Positions 1 through 9,634 of a DNA stretch of 64,000 nt are shown here, in pieces; positions within the stretch are counted from its first letter, which is position 1, and every line of letters begins with the position of its first letter. The notes beneath the pieces were generated by a model. It searched no databases. It worked only from the letters and a program-made list of their open reading frames with translations, and had not been told where the DNA came from. Both the position numbers and the translations under genes were made by a program. The DNA is from Acidobacteriota bacterium (GTDB lineage: Bacteria > Acidobacteriota > UBA6911 > RPQK01 > JADFOI01): positions 928,001-992,000 of the forward strand of contig OY760074.1 in assembly GCA_963663035.1 (NCBI GenBank), given 5' to 3'.

Positions 1-1
1 C

Positions 2-535
2 ATGGCTCTTTATGGGGTGGTCTTGGGTTTCATTTTTCTCTTCTACACGCTGGGGCTCTTCCTGGGAAGGGATCATTTCGTGGAAGCCAGGACGACTGAT
101 GGAGGATTCTCCCTTCCAGATATATCTGTCCAGGATCTCCAGCCAGACCTGGATTTCTACCAGGATTTGATGCTTCCAGCCCAGCCCGAGCAGGAGAGTA
201 CACCGTCAGCGGACGCCTCCTCGGTTGCAGCAGAGGTGTCCAGGGAGGACCCAGCAGAGCCGCCGGTAGACACCAGTCCAAGCTCTGCAGAGCCTTACAC
301 GGTGCAGGTGGGGGCTTTCACGGCTGAAGTGGATGCCAGGCAGATTCTGGTTCGCCTCGAGGCCAAGGGCTATTCGGGTGCACTGCGGCCTTCTTCCAGC
401 CAAGACCCGTACTACCGTGTCTGGGTGGGCGAGTTTAGAACTGTGGAAGAAGTCGGAGAGATGAACGAGTTGCTTCGACAGGATGGCTTTTTAACCTACA
501 TTAGAAAGGTCCCGGCTTCGAGTCCGACCTATTGA
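2..535 (+). CDS. SPOR-domain cell division/peptidoglycan-binding protein (may be 5'-truncated by the window edge)
   Basis: N-terminal TM helix, Pro/acidic linker, C-terminal SPOR motif YTVQVGAF...YYRVWVGEF. Confidence 0.85.
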   Translation: MALYGVVLGFIFLFYTLGLFLGRDHFVEARTTDGGFSLPDISVQDLQPDLDFYQDLMLPAQPEQESTPSADASSVAAEVSREDPAEPPVDTSPSSAEPYTVQVGAFTAEVDARQILVRLEAKGYSGALRPSSSQDPYYRVWVGEFRTVEEVGEMNELLRQDGFLTYIRKVPASSPTY

Positions 536-541
536 GTTTTA

Positions 542-798
542 ACCCGCACTCCCCACACCCGCTCTACTGCATCGGCGCAATGCTTCGACCTGACAGCGTT
601 GCACGACCCGCAAGCGGGTACCCCTCGCCTCCTCAACGTACTCAAGAGTACGTTTGCGGGGGCCGACCCGTGGCGGGTACCCCTCGCGCGCCAGTCGGAG
701 CCGCAGGCTTTAGCCTGCGGGCCCGTGGGCTAAAGCCCACGGCTCTGTTTTCCGGTCCTTTCGCCGCTTCGCTACGACCTGGTGTGAGAAATGCGGGT
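542..798. mobile_element. MITE family A, copy 1 (257 bp, TA duplication, nested REP pair)
   Basis: TIRs ACCCGCACTCCCCACACC / GGTGTGAGAAATGCGGGT; TA at 540-541 and 799-800; homologous to 31973-32178 in opposite orientation. Confidence 0.9.
696..747. repeat. Inverted pair of REP-A palindromes nested inside the MITE
   Basis: GAGCCGCAGGCTTTAGCCTGCGGGCC followed by its near reverse complement; absent from the 32 kb MITE copy; same unit at 39202, 40494, 40546, 40633. Confidence 0.85.
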
Positions 799-2320
799 TA
801 GTCTCTTCCATGGTGGGATGCTGTCCCTGGTCTCGGGGATTGCACTTTGGCTTTCCTTCCACCATTCCATCTTCTTTCCTCTGGCTTGGATTGCCCTCAT
901 TCCCTATCTCTCCTTTCTTTTGAAAAAGCCCTCCTGGAATTCAGTGCTCATAGGCAATGGGGTGATGGCGCTGGCTTATCTGGGAGGTGTCTTGTACTGG
1001 ATTCCCCGGGTTTTGGTGGTTTACGGAAACCTGAGCTGGACGCTGTCCCTGGTGGCTTTTCTGCTCATGCTGCTCCTCTTGAGTCTGTTTCTATTGCCTT
1101 TCTCCCTGTTGACCCGTTGGACGGCCGGGAAATCCGTCTCGGTGGCTCTCTTGTGCATCCCCGGGTACTGGCTTTTGACTGAACTGTGCCGAAACTATTT
1201 CCTCATCAATGGATTTCCCTGGGCCCTGCTCGGGTATTCCCAGTACCCCTATTCCTGGATTATCCAGGTGGCGGATCTGGCTGGAGTGTATCTGGTTTCC
1301 TTACTGGTGATGGCTGGCAACGCTGCCATATTAGGGACTTTCTGGTTGAAGTCCCTCCGGCCTCTGGTGATTTTCGCAGCCGTTTTTCTGGCTGCCAATC
1401 TTTACGGCGCATACCGCCTGCATTTTTGGCAGCCCGAGTCAGGACCTGCCCTCCAGGTAGCTTTGGTCCAGCCCAATATCGGGCTGACGGAAGAGATGGA
1501 ACATTACGCAGGAAAGTATTTCAACACCCTGGCAGAGTATTTCCAGCAGGCGGTGGATGGTGGTGCCCAGTGGGTGATTTTTCCAGAGGCTCCCAATCCC
1601 TATGTGTATGAGGAGGATTTTTATTTCACCACTTTCTGGCAGCGGCAGACCTCTACCCATGAGGCCTACCTGCTCTTTAACACGACACTGGTGGAGAGGA
1701 ACCCTGAATTTCAATACTTCAACAGCGCCGTGCTTCTCAGCCCGCAGGGCAAAGAGGCCTATCGCTACCACAAAACACATCTTGTTCCGTTTGGAGAATA
1801 TGTCCCATTTTCCAACTGGTTTGGAACGTTCTTTGAACCGCTCGTCCAGGAGGTGGGTGGGTTTTCGCCTGGCCAGGAGCTTTCAACCGGCAGCATCTCC
1901 GGCACTCAGTTCGCCACTCTGATTTGTTATGAGGCAATCTTTCCGGAGCTCAGCCGGCAGAGTGTCCGCCAAGGGGCGGAAGTTCTGGTGAATATCACAA
2001 ACGACTCCTGGTTTGGCCGCACTGCCGCTCCCAGCCAACATTTACACATGGCCGCTTTCCGTGCCATTGAGACCCGTAAGCCTCTTCTTCGCAGTGCCAA
2101 CAGCGGTTATTCGGTCGTCATCGATTACCTGGGTCGAGAAGGCCAGAAGATGGGGCTGTTCGAAGAAGGGATGTTTATCGCCGAAGTTGCCGGGAACAAC
2201 TACCGTTCTCTTTACTCTTATACAGGGGAATGGATTAATATATTCATTATAGGAGTTGCACTCCTGTTGCCTTTAGGGGCAGGCTTACAAGGATTTGCTC
2301 GTCAAAGATCGAAGAAGTGA
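791..2320 (+). CDS. lnt: Apolipoprotein N-acyltransferase
   Basis: Multi-TM N-terminus with GFPW and LGYSQ; nitrilase triad motifs FPE, KTHLVPFGEY, ICYEAIF; NDSWFG. Confidence 0.96.
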   Translation: MRVSLFHGGMLSLVSGIALWLSFHHSIFFPLAWIALIPYLSFLLKKPSWNSVLIGNGVMALAYLGGVLYWIPRVLVVYGNLSWTLSLVAFLLMLLLLSLFLLPFSLLTRWTAGKSVSVALLCIPGYWLLTELCRNYFLINGFPWALLGYSQYPYSWIIQVADLAGVYLVSLLVMAGNAAILGTFWLKSLRPLVIFAAVFLAANLYGAYRLHFWQPESGPALQVALVQPNIGLTEEMEHYAGKYFNTLAEYFQQAVDGGAQWVIFPEAPNPYVYEEDFYFTTFWQRQTSTHEAYLLFNTTLVERNPEFQYFNSAVLLSPQGKEAYRYHKTHLVPFGEYVPFSNWFGTFFEPLVQEVGGFSPGQELSTGSISGTQFATLICYEAIFPELSRQSVRQGAEVLVNITNDSWFGRTAAPSQHLHMAAFRAIETRKPLLRSANSGYSVVIDYLGREGQKMGLFEEGMFIAEVAGNNYRSLYSYTGEWINIFIIGVALLLPLGAGLQGFARQRSKK

Positions 2321-3442
2321 AAACTGTGGAAGACGTTCAGGAACGGTACAACGATTTAAAAAAGCGGATCGCTCACCTCTGGGAGTATCTTTGACGTAGA
2401 AGGAAAGCGCACCGAGCTGGGGGAAATCGAGGTGCAGATGTCCAAACCTACCTTCTGGGAGAACCCTGAGGATTCACAGAAGAAACTCTTACAAAGGCGA
2501 AGTCAGCTGGAAGACAGTCTAAGTCTGGCCGAGCAGTATCAAAGTTCCCTGGGTGATCTGGGCGCCTGGATCGAGTTGTACGATGAGGGTGAGGAGGTCA
2601 CTGCGGATCTTCAAAAAGGACTTTCAAATCTGGAAAAGAGCCTCTCGGAGACCGAATTACAGACTCTTCTGTCCGGTCCCCACGATCGGAACCCTTCCAT
2701 CGTCACAATCCATCCGGGCGCCGGTGGGACGGAGAGCCAGGACTGGGCTGAGATGCTGCTGCGGATGTACTTGCGGTGGGCTGAACGGCGCGGTTATCGC
2801 ACAGAAATAACCGACTACCAGGCGGGTGAAGAGGCAGGGCTGAAATCCGTCACCTTTCTGGTGGAGGGGGAATTTGCCTACGGTTATCTGGCGGCGGAAA
2901 TAGGGGTCCATCGGCTGGTCCGTATTTCCCCTTACGACGCTGCTGGGAGGCGGCACACTTCATTTGCTTCAGTATTCGTCACCCCCGAGGTCGAGGAAGA
3001 GGCGGACGTTCAGATCGACGAAAAGGATCTCAGGATTGATACCTATCGATCATCAGGCGCGGGTGGACAACATGTCAACGTGACCGACTCAGCGGTTCGC
3101 ATTACCCATCTTCCCAGCGGGATTGTCGTGCAGTGTCAGAATGAGCGCTCCCAGCACCGCAATAAGTCCACGGCCATGAAAATCCTCAAGTCCAGACTCT
3201 ATGAGCTGGAGATGGAAAAGAAGCAAAAGGAATTGGATCAACTGGAAGATAATAAAGCCGAGATCGCTTGGGGGAGCCAGATTCGATCTTATGTTCTCCA
3301 CCCCTATCGGCTGGTGAAGGATCATCGAACCAAACTGGAATACGGAGATGTCGATTCCATTCTCAATGGGCACCTGGATAGCTTCATCAACGAGTTCCTG
3401 AAACAAAAGAGTGAAAAAAAGAGTAAGGGAGCCCAGCGCTAA
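2317..3442 (+). CDS. prfB: Peptide chain release factor 2 with programmed +1 frameshift
   Basis: GTG at 2317 reads 25 codons to CTT TGA C (2389-2395); +1 frame joins ORF 2432..3442 carrying [14 protein letters not shown] (SPF-like) and GGQ motifs. Confidence 0.96.
2381..2395 (+). promoter_or_regulatory. RF2 autoregulatory frameshift site
   Basis: GGGAG internal SD-like + TAT + CTT TGA C. Confidence 0.93.
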
Positions 3443-4170
3443 TGCAGGAATCAGAAGACAAGAAAACAGAAGCGGAAGACTCCAGCTCGCCCACCGTCAG
3501 CTCTGAGGATCTGAAGGAACAGGCGCAATTGTTTCGCGAGCTGGTCAAAGCTCAGCCGCCGGAAGTCTTTGAGCGCCCTTTGCCCGGTTGGAAGGAGAAT
3601 GTGTACCTGGGTCTGGTTTTCGCCGTGCTCTGTCTGGTGGTGTTTCTGTTGATAGCCAGCAGTAGCCGTCGCCAGCTGATCGCTTCAGCAGGGGAAAGAT
3701 GGAATCGCATGTCAGGAGCCGAGCAAGACGAGATCTTCAGGTTACCTCCGCCTCCACCCCAGGCGGTCCAGACGCGAGTCCGGATCGCAGGTGACACGAT
3801 CGTGGCTGCTGACGATGAGGACCAACCGATGGGTGTGCTTTTCTGGAATCAAACACCTACTTCGCCTGGGAGGAGGGAGCAGACTGAAGCTCCGGTGGTG
3901 CTGGCCCAGAACCCTCTCAATGAAGCCGCCTATGACCTCCTGAGGGAAACCGGGGAGGTCGCCGGGGAGCTCAGTGAAAACAAGCTTCCAGAGTTTGAAT
4001 TCAAAGGCTGGAGGTCGGTAAAAGATGACCTGCCGGAGTTCTGGATCGATCTGGTTGTGACGCGTCGCTCTGACGGACAGGAAGTCCATCTGATCTGGTC
4101 CGTCAACACAGAGACCAATCGAATCACGGCTCTCAGTCAGGCCGCCCGAGATCTGGAAGCCTCCCGATGA
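3442..4170 (+). CDS. Hypothetical single-pass membrane protein
   Basis: 242 aa ORF coupled to prfB stop (TAATG); one TM segment, poly-Pro linker. Confidence 0.75.
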   Translation: MQESEDKKTEAEDSSSPTVSSEDLKEQAQLFRELVKAQPPEVFERPLPGWKENVYLGLVFAVLCLVVFLLIASSSRRQLIASAGERWNRMSGAEQDEIFRLPPPPPQAVQTRVRIAGDTIVAADDEDQPMGVLFWNQTPTSPGRREQTEAPVVLAQNPLNEAAYDLLRETGEVAGELSENKLPEFEFKGWRSVKDDLPEFWIDLVVTRRSDGQEVHLIWSVNTETNRITALSQAARDLEASR

Positions 4171-4247
4171 GAAACGTCAGCGGCCTTTACGGCAGTTGCA
4201 AATAGCCGTAAACTCAAGCCAGTAAACACGGTGGAGACTCGTACAAA

Positions 4248-5231
4248 GTGAGCCGGTCCAAGGAAACAACCAAATCCCCAGAAATCGAAGAAGAACTGGA
4301 AGTTTTCTCTCAATATCTCAAGAACAGCGGACGCAAGATGACGCGTCAGCGGCGGAGGGTGGTGGAAAGCTTTCTTTCAGCGGGCGGACATTTGAGCACC
4401 GAGGAACTCTATCAACTGGTCAAGAAGACAGATCCCAAGCTGGGCTTTGTGACAGTTTTCAGAACCCTGAAGACTTTGGCGGAGTGTGGGTTGGCTCGGG
4501 AGACCGATCTCCATGACGGGCGCACCCGCTTTGAACATACCTACAAGCGTCCCCACCATCATCACATCGTGTGCCTTGAATGTGAGCGCACCATTGAGTT
4601 CCTGAGCCCCGAGAGTGAACGAATTCAGGACGAGATTATTTCCAAATACGGTTTCAGGCCGGTGAGCCATAACCTGCAGATCTTTGGGGTCTGCCCGGAC
4701 TGTCAGAAAAAGCAGAAGACCCGGCAGAACATTGTGGATTCCGATCTGGTCTTTGCCCGAGATGCTTTAAAAATTGCCATGGCCACCGAGAAAAGAGGTG
4801 TGAGCTTCTACCGGACCGCGTCACAAATCGTCACTCACGCCTCCACAAAGCAGACTTTTCTGGGGATGCTCGATGAGGAAAAGAAGCATTTACGGAAACT
4901 GGAAAAAGAGTGGAAAGTGCTCATGAAAAGGGACAGAAATCTGCTGGCGGCACCCGTGTTCCTGCACTTCGACTATGAAGCTCTGAAGAACATCTTTCCC
5001 TCCCGAACCGAGACTCAGAAAAGGCTCAAAACCAGTCTTCGCGAGATCGATGCCCTTGAGCTGGCCATGAAGATGGAGTTGGAGGCCTATCAATTTTTCT
5101 CTGAGTATGCCGAGGGATTCAATGATACCAAGGGGAAAGACATCTTCCTGCGATTTGCCACCGAAGAACAGGAACACTACAGCCTGATCAAGGAAGAATT
5201 GGAAAAGTTAGTGAAACAGCAGGGTGAGTGA
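4248..5231 (+). CDS. Fur-family regulator fused to a rubrerythrin/ferritin-like diiron domain
   Basis: Fur motifs TRQR, HLSTEELY, TVFRTL, HHHHIVCLEC, CPDC; C-terminal E...EEKKH and E...EEQEH diiron motifs. Confidence 0.88.
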   Translation: MSRSKETTKSPEIEEELEVFSQYLKNSGRKMTRQRRRVVESFLSAGGHLSTEELYQLVKKTDPKLGFVTVFRTLKTLAECGLARETDLHDGRTRFEHTYKRPHHHHIVCLECERTIEFLSPESERIQDEIISKYGFRPVSHNLQIFGVCPDCQKKQKTRQNIVDSDLVFARDALKIAMATEKRGVSFYRTASQIVTHASTKQTFLGMLDEEKKHLRKLEKEWKVLMKRDRNLLAAPVFLHFDYEALKNIFPSRTETQKRLKTSLREIDALELAMKMELEAYQFFSEYAEGFNDTKGKDIFLRFATEEQEHYSLIKEELEKLVKQQGE

Positions 5232-5243
5232 ATGGCAGGGTGA

Positions 5244-5430
5244 AAGTTCCAAATCCTAAATCTCAAATTCCAAACAAATTCTAAATTCCAAACTCCAAAA
5301 TTCAAACCTCTCGGGTCAAGACTTTTGCTTCGGCAAGCGGTCCTTTTGGATGGTTTTCGTGGTTTGAATCTGTTTGTGCCTTGTTATTTGTGATTTGTTT
5401 GGAATTTGGGATTTGGAATTTGTAATTTCC
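5244..5430. repeat. Long imperfect inverted repeat built from AAATYCC-type heptamers
   Basis: Left arm ccaaatcctaaatctcaaattccaaacaaatt; right arm gatttgtttggaatttgggatttggaatttg; central ttgcTTCGgcaa hairpin. Confidence 0.8.
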
Positions 5431-5477
5431 ACAGGCTCCCGGCCGGCTGTGACAGAGCCGGTTGCTAAAATCGACAT

Positions 5478-7184
5478 GTGAAGTATCGCTGGAGTCTTTT
5501 TTCGAGCCTTCCTCAACAAATCCAATTGCTTGCAACTGAGCTGGGAGTTTCTCCTCTGCTGGCTCAATTGCTCCTTCAGCGGGGCTTCGAGGATCCTGAT
5601 CAAGCTGGGAGATTCCTCAGGCCCAGTTTGCAGGATCTCCATGATCCCTACCTGATGAAAGATATGGATCTCGTGGTGGAACGGATTCTGCAAGCCCGCG
5701 ACCTGGGTGAGAAGATCCTGATCTATGGAGATTATGATGTCGATGGAATCACCTCTACCGTGGTTTTGAAGCGGGCGCTGGAGATGCTGGGTGCAGCAGT
5801 CGGTTTTTACTTACCCCGGCGTCTGGAGGAGGGATACGGCATCAAGAAGGATGTGTTGAAGAAGGCGCGCGCGGATGGCTATGCTCTGGTCATCACCGTC
5901 GACAACGGGATACGAGCCTTGGAGGCGGCGGATTTGGCCCGTGAGTTGGGGCTCGAACTGATTGTCACGGATCATCATTTACCGGACAGCTCATTGCCCT
6001 CGGCCTATGCCATTTTGAATCCACACCGGCCAGATTGCCTGTACCCCGACAAGGATCTTGCTGCCGTGGGGGTAGTCTTCAAACTGGTTCAAGCCCTTTT
6101 CCAAAAAGTTGGGAGAGCAAGGATCCTACGGCATTTCTTGAAACTGGTTGCCATTGGAACCGTTGCCGACGTGGTTCCTCTGGTGGGAGAAAATCGCATC
6201 TTTGTGCGGTTCGGTCTGGAAGGATTGGCAGATCCGCAGAATCCTGGGCTCAAAGCCCTTCTCCGGGGCGCTGGGGTGAATGGTGAAGTGACCTGGTCTG
6301 ATGTGGGCTTCAAACTCGCACCTCGAATCAATGCTGTGACTCGGATGGGTGGTGGTTCTGAGGTGGTGGATCTGTTCAGTGAAGATGATCAGACCAATGC
6401 CCAGGCGATTGTGCAGGAAATGAATGCCAAGAACTCCCTTAGACAGCAGGAGGAAAGGAATATTCTGGCCGAGATTGAAGATCGAATAGGGCGGGACCCC
6501 TCGGCCTTTGAAGGGAAGTTTCTGACAGTGGCTGGCCAGCACTGGCATCGCGGGGTGATCGGCATTGTCGCCTCTCGGCTGGTGGAGCGCTTTTGCCGCC
6601 CTGTGCTGGTTCTGTCGATTGAAGATTCTTTCTGTCAGGGCTCGGGACGAAGTATCCCTGGCTTCAATCTCCTGGAGGCTTTGGATGAGTGCCGTGATCT
6701 CTTTGTGCAATATGGGGGTCATGCTCAGGCAGTTGGCTGCCGACTTGCTGAGGAGAATTGTAGGCCAGAAAAAGTGGAGGAGCTCGCCCGTCGTCTGGAA
6801 AGCCATGCTGTCGCAAAGTTGCCTTCAGAGGACCTGGTTCCTTCTCTCCGCATTGAAAGTTTCCTACCCGCTGAAGAAATTTCCCTCTCCCTCTATCAAG
6901 TCATAGAGCAACTGGCTCCTTTCGGTAAGGGAAACCCTGACCCGGTATTCGCATCAAAGAAGATGAGGATTGTGGGCGGACCATGGGTGCTGAAGGACCA
7001 GCACTTAAAATTTCAGGTTCAGTGCAATGGCTCTCGCGTTGATGCCATCTGGTGGAAAAATGGAGCTCTCGCTGATACTATTACCACTGGATCTCAGGTC
7101 GATTTGGCCTATACCATGAGCCGGGATACTTACCTGGGAAGGAATAAGTTGCTGCTGACCATCCGTGATATGCACCTGCCTTGA
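5478..7184 (+). CDS. recJ: ssDNA-specific exonuclease RecJ
   Basis: YGDYDVDG, TVDNG, TDHH, GTVADVVPL, PRINA, GSGRS, GGHAQA motifs. Confidence 0.97.
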   Translation: MKYRWSLFSSLPQQIQLLATELGVSPLLAQLLLQRGFEDPDQAGRFLRPSLQDLHDPYLMKDMDLVVERILQARDLGEKILIYGDYDVDGITSTVVLKRALEMLGAAVGFYLPRRLEEGYGIKKDVLKKARADGYALVITVDNGIRALEAADLARELGLELIVTDHHLPDSSLPSAYAILNPHRPDCLYPDKDLAAVGVVFKLVQALFQKVGRARILRHFLKLVAIGTVADVVPLVGENRIFVRFGLEGLADPQNPGLKALLRGAGVNGEVTWSDVGFKLAPRINAVTRMGGGSEVVDLFSEDDQTNAQAIVQEMNAKNSLRQQEERNILAEIEDRIGRDPSAFEGKFLTVAGQHWHRGVIGIVASRLVERFCRPVLVLSIEDSFCQGSGRSIPGFNLLEALDECRDLFVQYGGHAQAVGCRLAEENCRPEKVEELARRLESHAVAKLPSEDLVPSLRIESFLPAEEISLSLYQVIEQLAPFGKGNPDPVFASKKMRIVGGPWVLKDQHLKFQVQCNGSRVDAIWWKNGALADTITTGSQVDLAYTMSRDTYLGRNKLLLTIRDMHLP

Positions 7185-7260
7185 AGGAATTCGGAATTCG
7201 GGGACTGGCGCAAGAATTCTCCCAGAATTCGGGGCCTGTCCCAAGATTTCCGAATGCCTT
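7184..7260. repeat. Intergenic long hairpin (REP-like, GGGACWGGC/GCCTGTCCC type)
   Basis: Arms aaggaattcggaattcggggactggc / gcctgtcccaagatttccgaatgcctt; related ggggacaggc at about 60038. Confidence 0.6.
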
Positions 7261-7273
7261 TCGTGAAAAGGGT

Positions 7274-9634
7274 ATGGACCTCTTAAAATCATTTCGTGTC
7301 GTTCTGATCATTGGCATTCTTTTAGGGGGAATGGCCATCGTGTGGAATTTTCTCTCTCGCCGTGAGGAAGGATTTGTCATCCCTGAGGTAGAGATTCTTT
7401 CTCCGGACATTAGCCGCCAGACCACGCAGTTCGAATACACTGAGCACAAGCGTGGACGCACCGTCTTTACCGTTCATGCTGAAACCAGTACACAGACAGT
7501 CAGCCAGGTCCACACGTTGGAGAATGTGACTCTTGCTTACTATGACGAATCTGGAACGGCTTCCGATATCATCTCGGCCCAGGAGGCTGTCTATCTTTTA
7601 GAGGATCAGCAGATTGAGTTCAACGGCGATGCCACCATTCAGCTGGCCGATGGCACAGAGGTGTTTTCCGAACAAGTGAGTGCAGACCTCATTCAGGAAA
7701 GGGTGGTGATCGAGGGTAACTTTCGCTTCCTGAAGGGAGATATAAAGGGAGATGGCGAGTCCTTGATCTACGACTTCCCCCAGAGGAAGATACAAGTGAA
7801 AAAGGGCCTGCACCTGATGACCGCTTCCGGGTCAGATGACCTTGAAGGGAGGGCTTCACAGGCCGTCTATATTCTCTTTGAAGAGACCGTAGAGCTCATC
7901 GGCGACGCCCTGATCTCAGGCGGTGATACCCATCTGGAGGCTGATCAGATAACCGCCTTTTTGACAACAGAAAGCCGGATTGAAAAGATCCTCAGCTGGG
8001 GTGAGGCTCGCCTTCAATTTGCCTCGCTGAAGTCCTTGTCGGGTCCACAGCTCAATGTATTCTTCGATCCTGATTTGAAGCGTCTGGAGAAAATCGAAGC
8101 TCTGGGAGAGCCCCAGAAGTCTTCCGGGAGAGCCGTCTATTCTGAGGGGGCCGAAGGGAGGGACTATTTCCTGGAGGCGAACCGAATCGAGGTGGTCCCG
8201 GATCGTGCCGGGACCATGGAGGGGCTGCTCTTGGAGACATTTTCAGCTCGAGGGGACGTCCTCTTTCGCTCTCCCTCCCTGGGTATCGATGAGTCACGCT
8301 CCCAGGCGATGGAAGGCCAATTCTTTGACAACGGAGAGCATCTGCGGCAGCTCGATCTGCGAGGACAGGTTTCGCTCAGGAGGGGGCTTGATTCCCAGGC
8401 CTCGGTGGAAGAACAGCTGCACAGTGAAGTCCTGACCCTTCGATTTCGGCCTGAACAGGTTATTGAGCAGGCCATAGCTAGCGGGAATGTGGATCTGAGA
8501 TTGAATTCTCTGCAAGGATATCGTCATCTTTGGGCCAGGGACGCTGTGGAAGTGAACTACCTGGATGGATCCCCCGAGCGAATCGTGAGCCGGGGAGATA
8601 GTCGAATTGAAAAGGGCAGCGCTGGTCAGAGAGATGTCCTGGAAGCTCCCTTCATCGAGATACGCTATCGGCAAGGTCTCCTGGACCACATGACGGCTCA
8701 AGGAGGGGTCGCACTGCAGTCTAGCGAGGGGGGAAAGGCCAGGAATTCGACCAGTCAACGATTGGAGGTGTCCTATCGAGACAGCGAGGTGGAGAGGGCT
8801 GTCCAATCGGGAGATTTTCATTTCTGGGAGGGTAATCCTGCCTCCATTGAGGTCGAATCGGATCAAGCGGTTTTCGATCCCGAGAGCAACAGGGTCACCA
8901 TGACGGGGGAGAGGACTCCTGTGTTGAGATTCATCGGTGCTGATGGTAGCGATGGTGGTTCCCCGGTGGAGACAACCGCCCAGCGTCTCGAGCTGGATCG
9001 GAGGACGGGCGAGATCTCTGCCGTTGGACGGGTGAGAAGCTTTTTCCCGGAAGAGGACGGTTCCACAATCATTACCGCGGGTGGTATGGAGGCCAAACCG
9101 GAGACAGGCTGGATCACCTATTCCGCCAGTCCGAGAATCACTCAACAATACAACTCCATCACAGGAAAGATTGTGCGGTACAATCATCGAGATCAACAGC
9201 TGGTGGTTGAGGAGGAGGTCACTAGCTTCTTCATCGAGGGGAACCAGGAAGATGGTAAAAAATATACGGTTCAAGCCGACCGTTTGCTGTACAAACGCGC
9301 AGATCTTCGAGCACGATACGAGGGACAGGTGCGGGTCAAGACAGACGATCTTATTGTCGATGCTCCCTTTGTGGAGTTCGTCTTCTTGACAGCGGATCCG
9401 GATCAACTCCAGGAGATCGTCGCTTGGGGAGGAGTCAAGATCACGGGAAAGGATAGAGAAGCCGAAGGCCAAAGGGCGGTGTACTTTCCGTCGCAGGAGA
9501 AGGTGGTCCTGACGGGAGATCCTGCCCAGGTGACTGAAGCCCTGCGGGGTAAAGTTACCGGGCGTCAGCTCACTTTCTTTACCGGAGATGACAGACTTCT
9601 CATTGAAAATCCTTCCACTCCTGAGAAGCCATGA
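7274..9634 (+). CDS. LptC/LptA (OstA-like) multi-domain LPS export protein
   Basis: ATG 7274 after AAGGG; N-terminal TM, repeated beta-jellyroll motifs, C-terminal LptA-like AEGQRAVY...VVLTGDPA; directly upstream of lptB. Confidence 0.8.
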   Translation: MDLLKSFRVVLIIGILLGGMAIVWNFLSRREEGFVIPEVEILSPDISRQTTQFEYTEHKRGRTVFTVHAETSTQTVSQVHTLENVTLAYYDESGTASDIISAQEAVYLLEDQQIEFNGDATIQLADGTEVFSEQVSADLIQERVVIEGNFRFLKGDIKGDGESLIYDFPQRKIQVKKGLHLMTASGSDDLEGRASQAVYILFEETVELIGDALISGGDTHLEADQITAFLTTESRIEKILSWGEARLQFASLKSLSGPQLNVFFDPDLKRLEKIEALGEPQKSSGRAVYSEGAEGRDYFLEANRIEVVPDRAGTMEGLLLETFSARGDVLFRSPSLGIDESRSQAMEGQFFDNGEHLRQLDLRGQVSLRRGLDSQASVEEQLHSEVLTLRFRPEQVIEQAIASGNVDLRLNSLQGYRHLWARDAVEVNYLDGSPERIVSRGDSRIEKGSAGQRDVLEAPFIEIRYRQGLLDHMTAQGGVALQSSEGGKARNSTSQRLEVSYRDSEVERAVQSGDFHFWEGNPASIEVESDQAVFDPESNRVTMTGERTPVLRFIGADGSDGGSPVETTAQRLELDRRTGEISAVGRVRSFFPEEDGSTIITAGGMEAKPETGWITYSASPRITQQYNSITGKIVRYNHRDQQLVVEEEVTSFFIEGNQEDGKKYTVQADRLLYKRADLRARYEGQVRVKTDDLIVDAPFVEFVFLTADPDQLQEIVAWGGVKITGKDREAEGQRAVYFPSQEKVVLTGDPAQVTEALRGKVTGRQLTFFTGDDRLLIENPSTPEKP

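Noticed and set aside
8294-9472. Long antisense ORFs (also 38047-39135, 52403-53485, 32351-33148)
   Set aside because: Lie opposite well-supported genes, carry no motifs, and are expected from codon bias in GC-rich DNA.
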